Assembly: GCA_964234715.1 (NCBI GenBank)
Contig: OZ174281.1
Direction: 5' to 3' (one strand)
Length of the DNA: 64,000 bases
Origin: Podarcis melisellensis
Taxonomy: Eukaryota
A program made the position numbers and the translations under genes. Shown here piece by piece: positions 36,501 to 51,500 of this stretch (within the stretch, counting starts at the first letter, position 1; each line of letters starts with the position of its first letter). The notes under the pieces were generated by a model that did not search any database, was not told the DNA's origin, and saw only the letters and a list, made by a program, of their open reading frames with translations.

Positions 36501-39500
36501 TTATTTTATTTTCTCTCATTATATTTTTATATTGCCCTTCCTCAGGGGTCAGCAACCTTTTCCAGCCACGGGCCGGTCCATCATCGCTCAGACTATGTGG
36601 TGGGCCAGACTATATTTTGAAAAAAAATATGAACAAATTCTTATGCCCCACAAATAACCCAGAGATGCATTTTAAATAAAAGGACACATTCTACTCATGT
36701 AAAAACACGCTGATTCCCGGACTGTCTGTGGGCTGGATTGAGAAGGCGAATAGGCCGCATCCAGCCCCCAGGCCTTAGGTTGCCTACCCCTGCTCCAGAG
36801 AGCTCAGAGCTGAGGTCATGGTGCTCTACTTGAGCTATGAGTCAATAAAATTGCCAATGAATATAGGTATAAACATAATTAACAGGCAAATTGTGGGTGA
36901 ACCTTGCTTGAAGTTGCCCACGCCAAATAGCTAACTTTAAAAAAAAATGTTTATTGTTTGGCTTCCCTCATGCAATTATTAGGGCTAAAGTAGCAATTGG
37001 ATTAAATCTTCCCTCAATATCTTCTCAGACTTGATACAGGGTGTTGTTGTTTAGTCGTTTAGTCGTGTCCGACTCTTCGTGACCCCATGGACCAGAGCAC
37101 GCCATGCACTTCCACTGCCTCCCGCAGTTTGGTCAGACTCAAAGATTTCCAAATCCTAATTACAAATGTAATGATCTGTCCATTTTGGTTCTCTTAGGGT
37201 CCCCCCCCCCATCTTCAATTCAGTTCTCCACACTTCTGCGGCAATTTGCATTTTATAAATAAATCATGAAAGTTCCATGCTTATCCATATGAAATATTTC
37301 AGAATTTACACTTGGGCAAAATGTCCATTAGTTAACAAACTTCCAAGAAATCTTCATCAGGCTGGACGTAAAGCAAAATGGGGGGGGGGGGGGAATGGAG
37401 GGAATTTGGCTGATGCTGTCGTTGCCAGGCAGTCTGGATTTGGTCATTGTTTTAAGATGGAAGTGCAGGAGGAGGTGGCAAACTTAATTGGATTAGGCTA
37501 GGAGGTGCTATGCCGGTTTCAGGTTGCACCAAGGACAAAGAACCGCACAATGGCTGATCTCCTGTTTTTGAAAATGTAAAAGCCAGATGTCTCCCCAATC
37601 TGTCTCAAGTCTTAAGCAAAACACCCTTGTTAGATGGAGAACAGGAATAAAGATGCTTTAAGATAGGGATATTTTCATTTGTTAGATGTGTGTCTCTTTC
37701 AGTTTCCTTGGCTTTAAATATTGCCTTGGGCAGGAAAGAATTCTGAATGGCTGTCTTACAGGATGTCATACTTTATCCTCACAACAACCTGGTGAAGGGA
37801 GGAGGCCAGGCCAAGATGTGGTGCTTTGATGCTAGAAAGTGACCTTCATGGAGTGGGTTTTCCAAGTCCAAATCCAACAGTCTCTCCTACTTCCTTTTAC
37901 AGTACTATATATTTTCTGAGAGAAAAAAATACTGTGTGTGAATACCTGTGTGATTTGGGCAAACAATAGTTAAAAATTGATGTTTTCCATTTGTGCAATG
38001 GTTGGGTTTCTTAACATAATAATAGCTTTTTGGTGGAAGTTATGAAAAGCCCACACAGTACAATGAATCCAGAACCCTGATTGAATGTTGTGTTTATTAC
38101 TTGACTCCCGAGAGCTATTTTTTAGCCACAACCCTGCTGAATGGTGACCATGGATGCTGTGAGATGGGTAGATTACGGAACGGCACAGCTGCAAGGGGTG
38201 GCAGAATATGAAAAGAACTTGATGTTAACGTTCCCCCCCCCCCCAGCTCTTTTGTTCATGGCACTCCTTCTTTTGAGCGACTGCCTCTTTAAAAAGTGTG
38301 TGCGTGCGTGGGAAGCCGAGGCAAGCTGCAAAGTGCTGGGGAAGCTTAGCTTTACTGTGAAGCCTGAGCCTGAGTGAAACCTAACTAGCTAGGCGATATG
38401 CAATTCCTGATTGACAGCAGGACTAGCATTATGCAAATACTGCCAGAGAGAACAGCAGCTAGGGAGCCGTGATCAGGGGCTCTGTTAGGGATCTCTCTAC
38501 ACACGCCCGCTCCTAAATCCCCCTGTTTGTTGTTTTCATTTCTCCTTTTGCTGTGGTGGTTCGGCTTAACAATCAATAAATGACCAAAAAAAAAAGTTGT
38601 TGCTTTCTTGGGCATGAATAAATCCAATCCTCTGTGCAGTTTCAGTTTCTTGTCAGCTCAAAGAGATGTGCGTGAGCTTGTTAACTCAGGATGAATTGGG
38701 TAATATTTAGCAGGGTAATGTGCTAATCTTTAAACCTTTTATGTTTTCAATCCGGTGTATGTATGGGTCTCTTGACACAAAAGTGTGTGTTTTGCCTGCT
38801 TCTCCTCGTCTCCTTCAATCTGAAGCCTTATGTAGGTCAGGCTTGGCTTAAGCAGATTTCCTGAACCTGCGTCAGCTTAAGCTGAAGGAATTTTAATAAA
38901 CCCTCCCTTGTAGGCGTGGGCCTAAATGAGACAAGCCTAGTTAAGCCTGATCTTTTTCTGTTTGTGAAAAAGAGCCGAGCAGAGCTAGGATCTGCGTGGT
39001 GGTTTCAGGAACTGCTTCTTCAAGCTGGAGAGAACGATGGTTGGGAAGGCCAGGTCCTCGAATTTTACCTTGTCTGAAAAGCTCGATTTGCTGAAACTTG
39101 TCAAGCCGTATGTTAAGATTCTCGAAGAGCACACCAACAAGCACTCGGTCATAGTGGAGAAAAACAAATGCTGGGACATCATAGCCGATAACTACAATGC
39201 CATTGGAGCTGACCGCCCTCCTCGCACCGCGCAGGGCCTGCGCACCTTGTACAAGAGGCTCAAGGAATATGCCAAGCAGGAGCTACTGCAGCAAAAAGAG
39301 AGCCTTTCTGATTATAAAAGCTACATCTCTGAACCGACCAAGAAAGTTGTGGAGATGATCCCCCAGATTTCCAGCGTGTGCTTGAGGGAGAGGAGCAATC
39401 TGCCATGGTAAGTTGACTTTTACATTGCGCCTGGATGGCCGCTATAGCGCCTCCTGTCTTCTCTGGCCATCCCCTTTTGAGCTACATGCCTTAGCCTTTG

Positions 39501-42500
39501 GGAAAAGTTAGAACCTTGTGATTATTGTTATTTTTTACTTCTTTAATTTTTAAACAGTGACTGACTTTTCTGTTCAACTTCCAGCCGCATTTCAAAAGAT
39601 CTTATTGTCAGACCCTTGGCAAGTGAGGGTTAAGAAAGAATCCAAGGGAAATAGGAGCTCCAACTTTTACCCCTCCCCTTTTAATAGGCATAGCATTCAA
39701 ACACTGACCAAGCAAAAGGCTGTTCTACATTTAAGGTAGTACTGCGGTCAACTTGCCTCTGCATACGGAAGCTGATGCCTGTTTTGGATAATATCTATCT
39801 ACATAAAGTCGAGCAGGAGAACAAAGGAGCCTCTCTCAGTACAGTGTGCCCAGTCAAGGATTATGTTAATCTCTCAGGGTGGAATACATTTTGACTGAAT
39901 TTAGACCTTTTAAATGATTTTACTTCGCATGCTACCATGCCTTTTTAAACAATGCAGATGGATTGTTTTAAACAATCACATCCTCGGAGGCCAGTATGCA
40001 AATTAATGCTCTAATTTAAACTGCGAAAAAGAGGGTATGGAGCACATTTACAGGGGTCGTGCGCAGACAGATCGGAACACTGCAGTCACACAAAAGTCTT
40101 CATATTTTCCAGCAGCCTTTTAGTGTAGAATCAAATCGGAGCCTCTCTAGATTTGAGCCAGACGTAGAGCAGGCAGGCTGTCTTCAAGGTTTCTTGCAGG
40201 GCCTTTGCTTATGCCGCCCTCCCCCTCAACAACTGACTTGCAAAACACGGCTGCTCAAAAGCTTCCCAGACCAGATTTGTCCTGTGCCTGGATGCAGACA
40301 TTTTAAAAACCAGGGGGAGTCGAGCAGCTCTCTTCCTTACTCCTGTCGCAAGCCATTTAAATTCATGTCACTTACTGTGCAAAACAAATATGTTAATCTG
40401 AGTTTCCGGGAAAACTGGCATGTTTGTGCACACTGGCCAGTCCTTGATTTGTACTGCCTCTGGTTGCTCTGAATGGTAACAGTCGTCTAAATCCCACCAT
40501 GGCAGATGCTGTAAAAATAACATGGTGGTGGGCCTTTTGGTGAAATAATTCTGTATTGCCTAGGGTAAATAAGGTGTAATCAAAATGGACTTTTTCAGCA
40601 CAATCCTTTATCTTTCTACACAGAAGTAAGCCCCTGTTGAGTTCACTCAGGCATACTCCCATCTAAGTACTGTATGTATAAATCTGTAATAGCATGTTAG
40701 AAGGATGTGTGTATATAATTTCCACAATACTGATGTAGATTGAAATGGTCAGCATAAGCCACAAGTATGGGGCAACTTTTTCGGTGGTCATATACTCTTC
40801 CTTTAACCCCTTAGCCAATACAGCAGGTTTCTTTTGTAGCTTAATAATTTTGTAGTAGTGGAAATGGGTGGATTTGTAATTAGCTGTATTTTATTTTGTC
40901 TTGTAAGCCATTTTGGGTGCTGTGTGAGCAGCACAAATGTGGCACACAAATGTTTTGAAAACATTAATAGCTTGCACCTTAAAGACCATTGAAATCTGAA
41001 AGAGTTGTTTTTTTATTCAATAATAAATGTTTCCCAAAAGCATCAGTTTACTTACAGTTGGAGAAACAATCCCCTGATCCTGACCATATTATGCTGGAGT
41101 AAATTTCATTAATCTGAATGACACTGACTTCCCTCTGGTTGTTTGGGATCTAAGTGAAAAGCTTTTCTAAATCCTTTTTATACATAATATATTCCTTTTT
41201 TTCAAGAGAGAACTTGTGGACCAAATTGGCCATCCTCCCAACCAACCGAGGTTCTGCCTCTTCATCTCTCCACCGCTTCCCATGACTATTGTTTCCGTGT
41301 CAGTCTCTGCTGTCTGGAAACCATTAATTTCTTCCTCCCATTTGATTAACAGAAACCTGATACGTAGGACCATTGAGTCATGGAATGGGGTTGGCCAACA
41401 GGGATAGATAAAAATGATGCATAGCTCCAAATTTCCAGTTCCCAATCAAAAGTCACAATTGAGAAGCAGAAACACAATCTGCTCTGCGTCATCTCTCTAA
41501 AATGCTCCAGTGGCTGGATGAAGTGGTGGGTTGGATGAGAGTAATAAACTGAGTCTGAAATCATAACATGATGGAGGTTCTGTGTGTGAGTCCAGGAAAC
41601 TGGACTCATTGAAGGAGCAGGTGCACCATCCAGGGTGTCACTGGAGGCACAGGTGTCCTCAGTGGCTAGGAGGACCTTTTAACAGCTATGACCACTCATG
41701 CATTGGTAACCTCAGGGTTGGAGAACTGCAATGTCCTCTGCACATTTGAGGTTGTGTTGGAGGCTTCAACCAGTGTAGGACGTGTGAGAGCAAACAACTG
41801 CCAGTATTTAACACCTTATCCACTGCATTTTCACTGGTTGCTAGTCTGCTACCAAGCCAAGTTCAATGTTATGGTACTAACATATAGAGCCCTATTCGGC
41901 TCAGGATCAGGTTGCTTGCGAAACCTTCATAACCCTTATGCACCTGGTAACTCCCTGCGTTCTACAGGAGACTTTCTTCTCCAAAGTCCCCCAAATATCA
42001 AAAGCCTGCTTCACAGTAAGTTGAAGCAGGGCCTTCAGTGCGGCCGCCACTGTTTTGTGGAATAAGTATCTCTATTGAGATACCAGAGGTGCCCACCCAC
42101 TACCTGTACTTTCCAGAAATAATGGAAGACATTTTTTGTTTTGACAAGCAGCATTTTTTGTTTTTCCAGCAGGTTGAAAAGGTCGCAGCCTTAGGTGTTC
42201 CTTTTTACTGTTTTTAAAACTAATTTGAGCTGTTGGTAAATTGCCTTGAGGCACATGCAAAAGGAGATTCATAATATTACCGATTAATATATTTACCCCC
42301 CCCCCCCAAGCTCACATTGCTTATAACAAGAGTTCAGTTCGTAAGCAGCCAATGACTCATATTTTTCCTATATCCACGGGCTGGCCTATCGTGCAGTGTC
42401 ATTTGACTGACATTGCCATTCTCTGTTGCCTGTTATGACCCTGAGCGGTGCTTTTGTGGGGGTTTTTTCTTTTCATTTTGTGTATTCGGAACTGCAGTTA

Positions 42501-45500
42501 AAATTACCGTAAATCATTATAGCTTAATTCAATTGAAAGGTGTTTGAAAATTTATTAGAATTGTTTTGTTGCCTCTTGCCAAGTAGTTAGAAAGCTCAGG
42601 GCGGCCTTTTTGAGGCCAGTTAGCTTAAGGGGCAAAAGGTATTGGGCTTTGTGCTCTCTAAGATTTGGCTGAAAGACAAAAGGGGGTGTGCAAACCTTTA
42701 CTTGTTCATTGTCTCTGTGCTCCTAATCTCCATCCCGTGAGCTTCAAAGTGCATGTTTATTAATGATGTGAACCCTGTGGTCCAGGGAAGCCATGGGGGG
42801 GGGATTCACTTTGGTGCCCTAAACTGGCAGATGAGGAATGCGGTAGGCACCTTCCTGGTGCAACGCCTCTCAAACCCCAGCCCAGCTGTTTTTCTTGCAT
42901 AGTCCAGCATCAGGCCTTTGTTTACCAGTAGTCCAGAGTTAGAAACTCAGATATATAATATAATCGCCAAATGGCACCTTAAACTTAGGTTACGGTCATC
43001 ACAATGGACTGTCCAGGCACCTTCTTTTGCAATGGGGTTTATTATATTTATTAATTATATTTTTATACTTATTTATATTTTAAATGGCAAGTCTCAAAGC
43101 AGTTTACAACACATTAAAACATCAAATAAAACAATCCAGAATAAAATGAATTCAAGCTTTGAGGAAAATACTCCAGAGCCTTTTCTAAGCGATATTTTGC
43201 TTTCCCCAGTTGCCAACCTTGCATCCAGGAATCTCCACATGGCTGCAGTTGGACCTGGGCCAGTCAAAAACGCTCCTGGCTAATTTCCAACTGCCTGTTA
43301 TATGCAGTTAGCCCCTTAAAAAAACAGTGGGTATCAAATGGTTCTCTCCCAAAAGGTAAGTAAGTATGCAGGCCTTGGATAGTAAATCTACCATGAAGAA
43401 AGGTTCCAGTATTTGGAGCTATTTTGTTTAGCAAAAGGGAGACACTAAGGAGGTATATAAAGTTACACATGGTGTAGGGAAGGTGGACAGGGAGAATCTT
43501 CTCTCTCTGAATACTAGGGAGGGGTCATCCAGTGAACTGGAAGGTGGGAGATCCAAGACAGAGTAAACAGAATACTTCTTCACACAGTGCATAATTAAAC
43601 TATGGAATTTATTGGTTTGCACAAGATTTGGTAGCAGCCACCAACTTAGATGACTTTAAAGAGAACTCTAGACACATCGATGTCAATGACTACTAGTCAT
43701 GATGGCCCCAGAATCAGAGGCAACATGTTTGTGAACCAGCATGCTTGTGCTGACATCCTTCTTGCGAGCTTCCTGTAGGTACCTGGTTTGCCACTATGGG
43801 AAAGAGGATGCTGGTTTAGATAGACCTTGTGTCCTGGACTAGTAGGGTTCTTATGCTTTTAATACTTAAGACTCCTTGCGTTGCCCCTACCAAAGCAGAT
43901 TTCAGCTCCATCCCTGGACTTGCACAGTAATCAAGTACCTATGCTCTGTTTTGACCGAACACCCATGCTCTGCAGGTAGCTGACTAATAAAATAGGGTTG
44001 GGCCACCCTAGTGAAACACACCATTGAATTCTGCTGTTACCCAATAACCTTGTTGAAGACGGTCACTTCCTTATGAAACTAGTAACAGCAGATTTAGTCT
44101 GGGTGGATCAGCATATGATTTGTTTGGAGGCAGTGCAGAGTTAGGAATCTAATTTGGCATTTGATGACCAATTCCAAGCTTTGTTAAAACTGACATAACT
44201 GACTCATACTAAACAGATGCCTGAGGGATTCTGAATACCAATTCCACCATGGTAACTGTCTCTCTTAATTAAGGAATAGAGGTCTCCCCACACTAGTAGA
44301 TGAAAACTTGCATTCTTCTTAAGTTTATAATATAAATGTGAATCTTTGATATAAGCTAGTTTTTGTAAGATAGCCAGTTAGCACACACTGAAGGCATTTT
44401 GTGAGAACATTAATGCAGATTTCCAGCCCGATCTTCATCTCTATTAATGTAGTAAATTATATTTCCAGCTTTCAGAATTTTGGTCGGACTGTTGACCCCA
44501 ACATTACTCTGTATTGTATTGTATCTTGTTTTTCATAGATGTTTTAAAAAATATTTAAGAAACAATGATAAATAGGGAAGTTGGTCCTGGTGCTTCACCA
44601 GACTGTCCAATGTCTTTTATAGCTGCTTAGCAGCTTGCTGTCCTGTTAAAGGACTTTTGCATGGACAGAAAGCCTCCAGATGTTAGACTACAGCTCCCAT
44701 CTTTCCTTACCATTGGTCATGCTGGCTGTGTCTGATAAAGGAGGGGAGTCCTACAACATGTGGACATTCACAGATTCCCCATCTCCAGGCTTGAGTCACA
44801 ACAGTTTCTATCCTTTCTGGTTCTGGTGAAGCTAGGCTCTCCAATCCATACTACGATCTACTTGGGCGCAGGGGAAGATATGTAATTTGGTGGAAGGGAG
44901 AAGGAAAGGAAAGTCCTCTCCTTTATTGGAGGTTTTTAAGCAGAGGTTGGAATCTATCATAGATGCTTTAGTTGAGATCCCTGCATTGTAGTGGGTTGGA
45001 CTAAATGACCCTTGGGGTCCCTTCCAGCTCCACAGTTCAGTGATCCTATGATCTTCAGTAGTCTCTCCCATACCTTCCTTCATACTTTCAAGGCCCTCTG
45101 GAAAGGTGGAAGTGAGAGAATGTTGCTCTTTCAGGATTTCACCTAATCTGGAGTAAGCTGAGAAGCTGATCTCGAGCCCACCTCACAGGTCCTCTGAAGG
45201 GCAGGATCATTCACTTACCTTGCACTGTACTGGGGAACATTTGGAAGCAGCTAGAAATTCTCTCACCACTTCCAAGTGCTTCCCAGCCCAGTGCCAAGTA
45301 ACCAGGTTACTCTTGCCCTCCCCACCCCCCTAGACAACCTGAGAAGGGAAGAGTTGGAGTAGCCACAAATAATCACTGACTATTAAAGCCAGGTAGCACT
45401 TGTGACCCCCAGAACTCAAGTGCTGAGATACTTACTTTGAATAAGGAATGCTGCAGGATGTGTGGAATATAGATATATAGATGGAGAAAGAAATGCTTTG

Positions 45501-48500
45501 AGAGAAAATATTATTCAGGCCCTCGGGAAAGGAAGCCATACAAAACCCTTAGAGCTATACTGGCAGGAATGGTTTGAGATTTTATTGCTCCTTTCATTCA
45601 GTCAATATGATGTTGATGTTTAAAATAATCTACACTCCTCCTTTTCTCTGTATTTCTTTCTTCACTTTTTCAATTAGATTTTATTATTCATCATATGACA
45701 AAGTCAGGTAGCCTTATGCTCTATGTGTACCCCTCTCAGTGACAAATCTACATATGAACAATGGTAGTGTCTTTTTATCAAATGTTAATTCACAAGTGGT
45801 TTAGGACAGCCTTCCCAACCTGGTAGCTGCCAGATGTGCTGGCTGGGGCTGATGAAAGTTGTACTCCAAAGCATCTAGAGGCCACCAGGTTGGGAAGGCT
45901 GCCTTAGAAGTTGAGTTTTTGCCTTTTTTGTGGACTAAGAAGATCCTTTTTCTTTTCTGTTAATGATGAAAATATTATTTGTCTGTTTTTAGTGCTACAC
46001 CGGATAAAAAAATAGTTGCTACTACCAGCTCACCACAGTCAATGATAGAGCACCAACCTGCTGCCATCACACTGGAGCTGGATGAAGACGAGGAAGATGT
46101 CAAACCACCTGCATCGTTGATTGTAGAGTTACAAACACAGGAGAGCTTAGAGCAAAGAGATGAAGAACATTTGGTCCATGCAATGGAGAGATCTCCTTCA
46201 ACTTCCCTGTCTTCTGTGGATATAAGAATGTTGTCTCCATCTCCCATCCCCAGAAGAGATGAATTTTTCAGGCTTGAAACTGGAGAACGATTTAGACCGG
46301 CATGTGGGGGATATGATCCCCAGATGTTGCAAATGCTGAAAGAAGAGCACCACATCATTTTGGAAAATCAAAGGAAAATTGGGCTCTATATCCAAGAAAA
46401 AAGGGATGGCTTGAAAAGAAGGCAGCAGCTGGAAGAAGAGCTATTGAGAGCAAAAATTAAAGTAGAAAAGTTAAAGGCGATACGACTACGTAGGGATCTT
46501 CCTGAATTCAACAATCTTTGAATATTTAGCAATTCTGCTTAAAAACCAGGGTTATTTCACATTTCTTTTTGATCTAGAAAAGAAGTATTTACCCAAGTTT
46601 TGGGGGTAGGGGTATGCATGTTTTTCCATTTTGTTTCTCATGCAAATTTGCAAAAAAAATTAAAGCCATTTCTCGCTGGTCTTCCCAGGTTTTCTGATTT
46701 AAAGTAGAACCAGATCTAAGACTAAACCCCCCCCATTTGAAATCTTATGACCACATGACTGTTAGCAAAAGCAAATGATAACTTATACAGCTGTTGTAAA
46801 ATATGCTGATCTTATTCTTTTTCATTTTTTGGTGAATCAGTTCTTATCTGTCCTTTGAAATACTCTTTTATCTGTGAGTCAATAAACATATGCAAAATGG
46901 AGAAAAATACTATCTTTGTTTCCTCCTTTCATAAAACTTGTGGAAATGGCTGTAGTTCAAATGAAGTATTTATCATGGAAATATCTCACCAGCAATTCCT
47001 TTCTAATTTGACCTGAACAAGGGTGGATATAATGGTGGCATTTGTACATCACAATAAGCCATAGGTAACTTTTGAGTGTGCTCTGCAGAGGGCTCCTCCT
47101 TCACTCCTCTAGACTACAGAAGCAACAAATCATGATCTCTGGATCAGTGTTACATCTGAGCTAGGAATCTTCATTTCAGACACACCACACTGTTAAAGCA
47201 AGTTTTGTTCTTGGCTTACCAACTGTGGTTTGTTTTGAGCAAAATAAGCTATGACTCCAGGTTCGCAAATAATTCTTCGCCAAGGATTGCAATTAGTTGC
47301 TCCTACTGGGTATAAAGGAGAAGTGAAGCATGCACAATATTCATGGTAACTATGGTTTATTGCAGCACTGCGGTACTTCTAATAGTCGATCAGCAAAGCC
47401 TTTTGGCCCAGATGCATCTTTACCTATCCTGCCTCCCCTTCCAGAGTCACATAAGATGTCAAGCGTAGGGCAGTTGAGCATGGCTTAGCTAAAATAGCCA
47501 CAAGGGCCAAATGGGAAGTCCTAGCAGTCCTAATTAGGCTTGCAGCCCAAAAGTTCCTTGTCACTGGTTTAGGGCTTATCCATACTTGCCTATTGTCTTG
47601 CTCTTCCAATCAGAGGTTTGCACTTAAATGCTCTGTGTCCAAGCGGTTTTAGGGTTTTGTTTTTGCCCCAAGATTTCCTCATGGAAACCTACTCTTTAAA
47701 GTTGAATTGGAGCAAAAATCAATTTGGGTTTTCCACGGATTGATGGTTCCTCTGACTGAGCTTTGAAGAGCAGGTTTTTGCAGGGAAAGCTCCAGGGGGC
47801 AGGGGAAAGGTGCTCAGACACTGAGTTTTAAATTGCAGAACGTGTCTGGAATGAGCGGAGGAAAGGTAAAGGTGTGGACAAGCCCTTACTTAGGACATGC
47901 AAACTGGGCCAGAACATACTAAAATGTAATTATAAAAGTACAATAGTGAGAGTAGGCTTTTGAAGGGGAAGTACCATAGCCCAATGGTAGAGCTCAATAG
48001 AAGGCAGCTTCCTCTGCTTTTTTAAATGATTCTGAGTTTTAGGTGTGAAATATTTAATTATTTGTCTGTTTCTGAAGCTGCTAGCTTGTACTTGCCTAAC
48101 AGTTCCAGTTGAACCAGTTTCCTGCACGCACACACTCTTGAATTTTGGCTTCCTTTCAGGGGCCCCTCCACCACCTACATAAAGCTTCTTCTATTTCTGA
48201 TATGTGGAAAGGATATCGCCCTGTAAAATAAGAGGCAGGGAAAGAGATTACTTCCACGTAATCTTGTTTGGTTTAGTCCTTTCATCCTTTATCCTTCTTT
48301 ACCTACACTTAGGGAGCATTGCTTGAATACTCTCAGTCTCCCTGCCGCCACCCCCAATCTGTGTTTCTGGGTTTTTTGTTTTGTTTTCATGAGCTCTTTA
48401 TTCCTGGAAATAAATTGGCCTTAATAAAGCTTGTAAACAGTTTAGGAGTGTAGAGATCACTGATTAACTATTTTGGAGAAGTTGCCGTAATCTTGATCAG

Positions 48501-51500
48501 TAGCATATATAAGTCTAGCTACCTGGTGACAAAATATGTATCCCCCTACTCCCATAAACTTCAAAACCCTTTAGAGTGCAAATATTTATTTAAAAGATTA
48601 TTGTGTTTCACCACTCCTTACTTACGGCAATTAACATCTTTATAGATCAGAAATTTTCTGATTTTATGGTTAATTTTAACTGATTTTATCTTTTGTAACT
48701 TGATTGCTTAGAACTCTGGTGTTAAGCAATATATACATAGCTGACATAATAAATGAACAAATAACCATAACCACTGCATTATTAAAATGAGCACAGGAAC
48801 TTTTCTTCCCACTCCCTTGGTATCCCTGTGCCCAGTGCTCCCCCCCACCTCCGCCAGAAAAATAAGTGCCAGCACTTATTAACAACCAAAAAAAGAGGTG
48901 CTGGGATTGCGTACTCTTGAGTATCCCCTGAAGAAAGCACTGATGTGCCCCCTAAATCTGTTCTGGGGTTTCCCTCAACCCTCTGCAGCCAATTTGGGGA
49001 GGGTGTGGGGGAAGAGGCAGGGGCAGGGGCAGGGAGTTTATGACCATTGCCTGGATCGTACCCAGCCTCATTGTTTTAACATCTGAGCTCCAGCTGTTTC
49101 TTAGCTGCTAGGACAATTAAGCAAGTATACATGGAACTTCAGGCAAGCTTTGAAGCAGAAACCCCAGACTTTCAGATTCATGGCTGGAATTATGGCCCTC
49201 AGTCCTTTTACTTGGACCTGTTCTTGGCTTGGTTGCCTTCTGTTTGATAACATGCTTTAAAGCATGTTGAATTTGATTAGGCGCTTCAGTGTTTATATTA
49301 CTTGGACTAGCTATGGTTCCGGACTTCCCTTTGTTCTTCTTTGGCTTGCTTTTCCTGGCTCCTCTTTCCACACCTGCTCTGTTCCTCCACTTGTCTCTCC
49401 CCCACCCCTGTTATCCTCTTACTCTTTAGCCCATACTAGGGTCGTCTTCTCTTCTTCACCTGTTTATTTTTTGGGTATAAGGTTACCTGCTTAAGCACAA
49501 ATTGAACTGATGAGGGGGTTGCCCTGCCCACCAGGTGTACCCTATCAAAAGTCTGACTTCCTGCCAGTGGAGAGGTGGGTAGTGACAACCCCCCTTACTT
49601 CCTACAGAGAAGGAACTTATCACAGTAAGTACCAATGTTCACTTTTCCCCAAGAACAATTTCTGAAGGTTTTTAACAAAATAGTTTGTGGAATTGGACTG
49701 ACCAGAGATGACAATGAAGAAATGGTAATGGCATCTCCAGAAGCCTGCCTCCAAAATCCATCATTTTACACATATCCTCAACAGTGGTTGTGTTGAAAGC
49801 CTGGACAACTGGTGAAGAGGCTGACAGGTCGCGTGGGTGGAATCTTTTTTGATGTTGAGTGTTTGTTCAATAGTCATTCAAGTGAAAGCAGAGGTTCATG
49901 AGTAGGCAAGAGAGGACAGGGATTGAAAATCAGGAAAGGGTCAGGCAGGGTAAAGATATTCTCAGCAAGTTTATCAAAGACTGTGTTTGATTTTAATTGC
50001 CACCATTATAAGGATCTCGACCAACTGGAAGATAGGGCTGGAGAAAATAAAAGCCTGGTAGATCCTACAACAGTAAGAGCAAGGGACTTCAACTCTTTCC
50101 AAATATTTGATGCTGCCTGAATACTGCAAATATTTGTCTCTGGAACACAGTGTGCCTACAGAGGTAACAGGAAAACAAAATTGGTCATAATCCTGAAGTC
50201 CAGCAATGACCAGGACAACGAGTCAAAGGCTATACTGCCACTGACTGAGAAGCTAGACCCGATTTCTAGCTCTGAGTCTCATGTTTGGGATCAGGGGGTT
50301 CACTGACTATGAGGCTGACTGGCAGGAAGTTGCTAAACTGAATCCCATGGACCAGGGCCATAGAACTAGAACTGAGACCCTCACAGGCGGCTAGTTCTGG
50401 CCTGAGAAACTGAGTGCCTCCTATGCTATCCCACCAGTCTGACAGTGCATGGGACACCTGGAGCAAAGGAGAAGTGCCTATCTTCAGTTCAGAGGGCTGG
50501 TCCTTTAAGAGTCTCTAGTGCTCCAATAAAAGAGGTGGAGGATCAGAAAGATGGACTTGGAGGCAAAGGCTCACCTCCAACCCTTGTCAAGCACGTTGTT
50601 CATTAGGAGCTCTCCATGGTGCTGCAGCAATCAACCTGCCTTGCTCTGTGGGCAGCACCTCAGGACTAGAATAGGATAAAATATCTGATGCAGTCCAGAG
50701 ATAAAGTTCACAAGTATCCCATTCTTTCTTTCCTTCCCTGTGCTGCAAAAAATATTGAAATATTTTGGAGTTAGAAAAAAATACTGATATGGATAGCACT
50801 TGCTCAGGGATCTTACTAACTACATTAGTGCAAAATGATAAGGTTAATGGGATTTTAGGAAATCAAGGAACATTTGTGTGCTTAGTTAGACTCCAGATTA
50901 CTAAATTCTAGAAATTTTGCTTTTTTAATTTACACTAAAGGAAGTTGGTAGACAGGATGGGCAGAACATGAATATTTAGATACACATGACTACCTTTGAA
51001 TAACCCTTATTAAAATTGGTTGCTACTATTAGTTTCCTGTTTAAATTATTGAATGAATTACATTTATGTAAATCGGGTTTATGTAATGTGGTTTGGAAAG
51101 ATTATGTCTTCCCCTTCCAAGAATGTCTTTGGCTTGTCTATATGGAATTGCTTCTGCATAGCATATTAAAATGCTTAAAAAATGAATAATCTTTCTGACT
51201 TCTTCCAAGGTAATCCTACACATTCTACACAGGCAAGGATGTTCAAATTATGTAGATAGTGAGTACTAGAATAAACCATGTTTCTGCTCCACTGTAGAAA
51301 GCATGATTATTAGAGTAGACCCACTGAAACCAGTGTACTTGAAATTTTATTGCTTGAATTGCATTTTTCAGTATACAGTATGGTCATTTAAAATAAAATA
51401 AAATAAAAAGAATTATGCTACAATGTGGGCAAGAGATACTAGATGGTATTAATGACCTGTCTGGGTTATATTTAAATAGGCTCAGCATTGGTTCTAGTAA

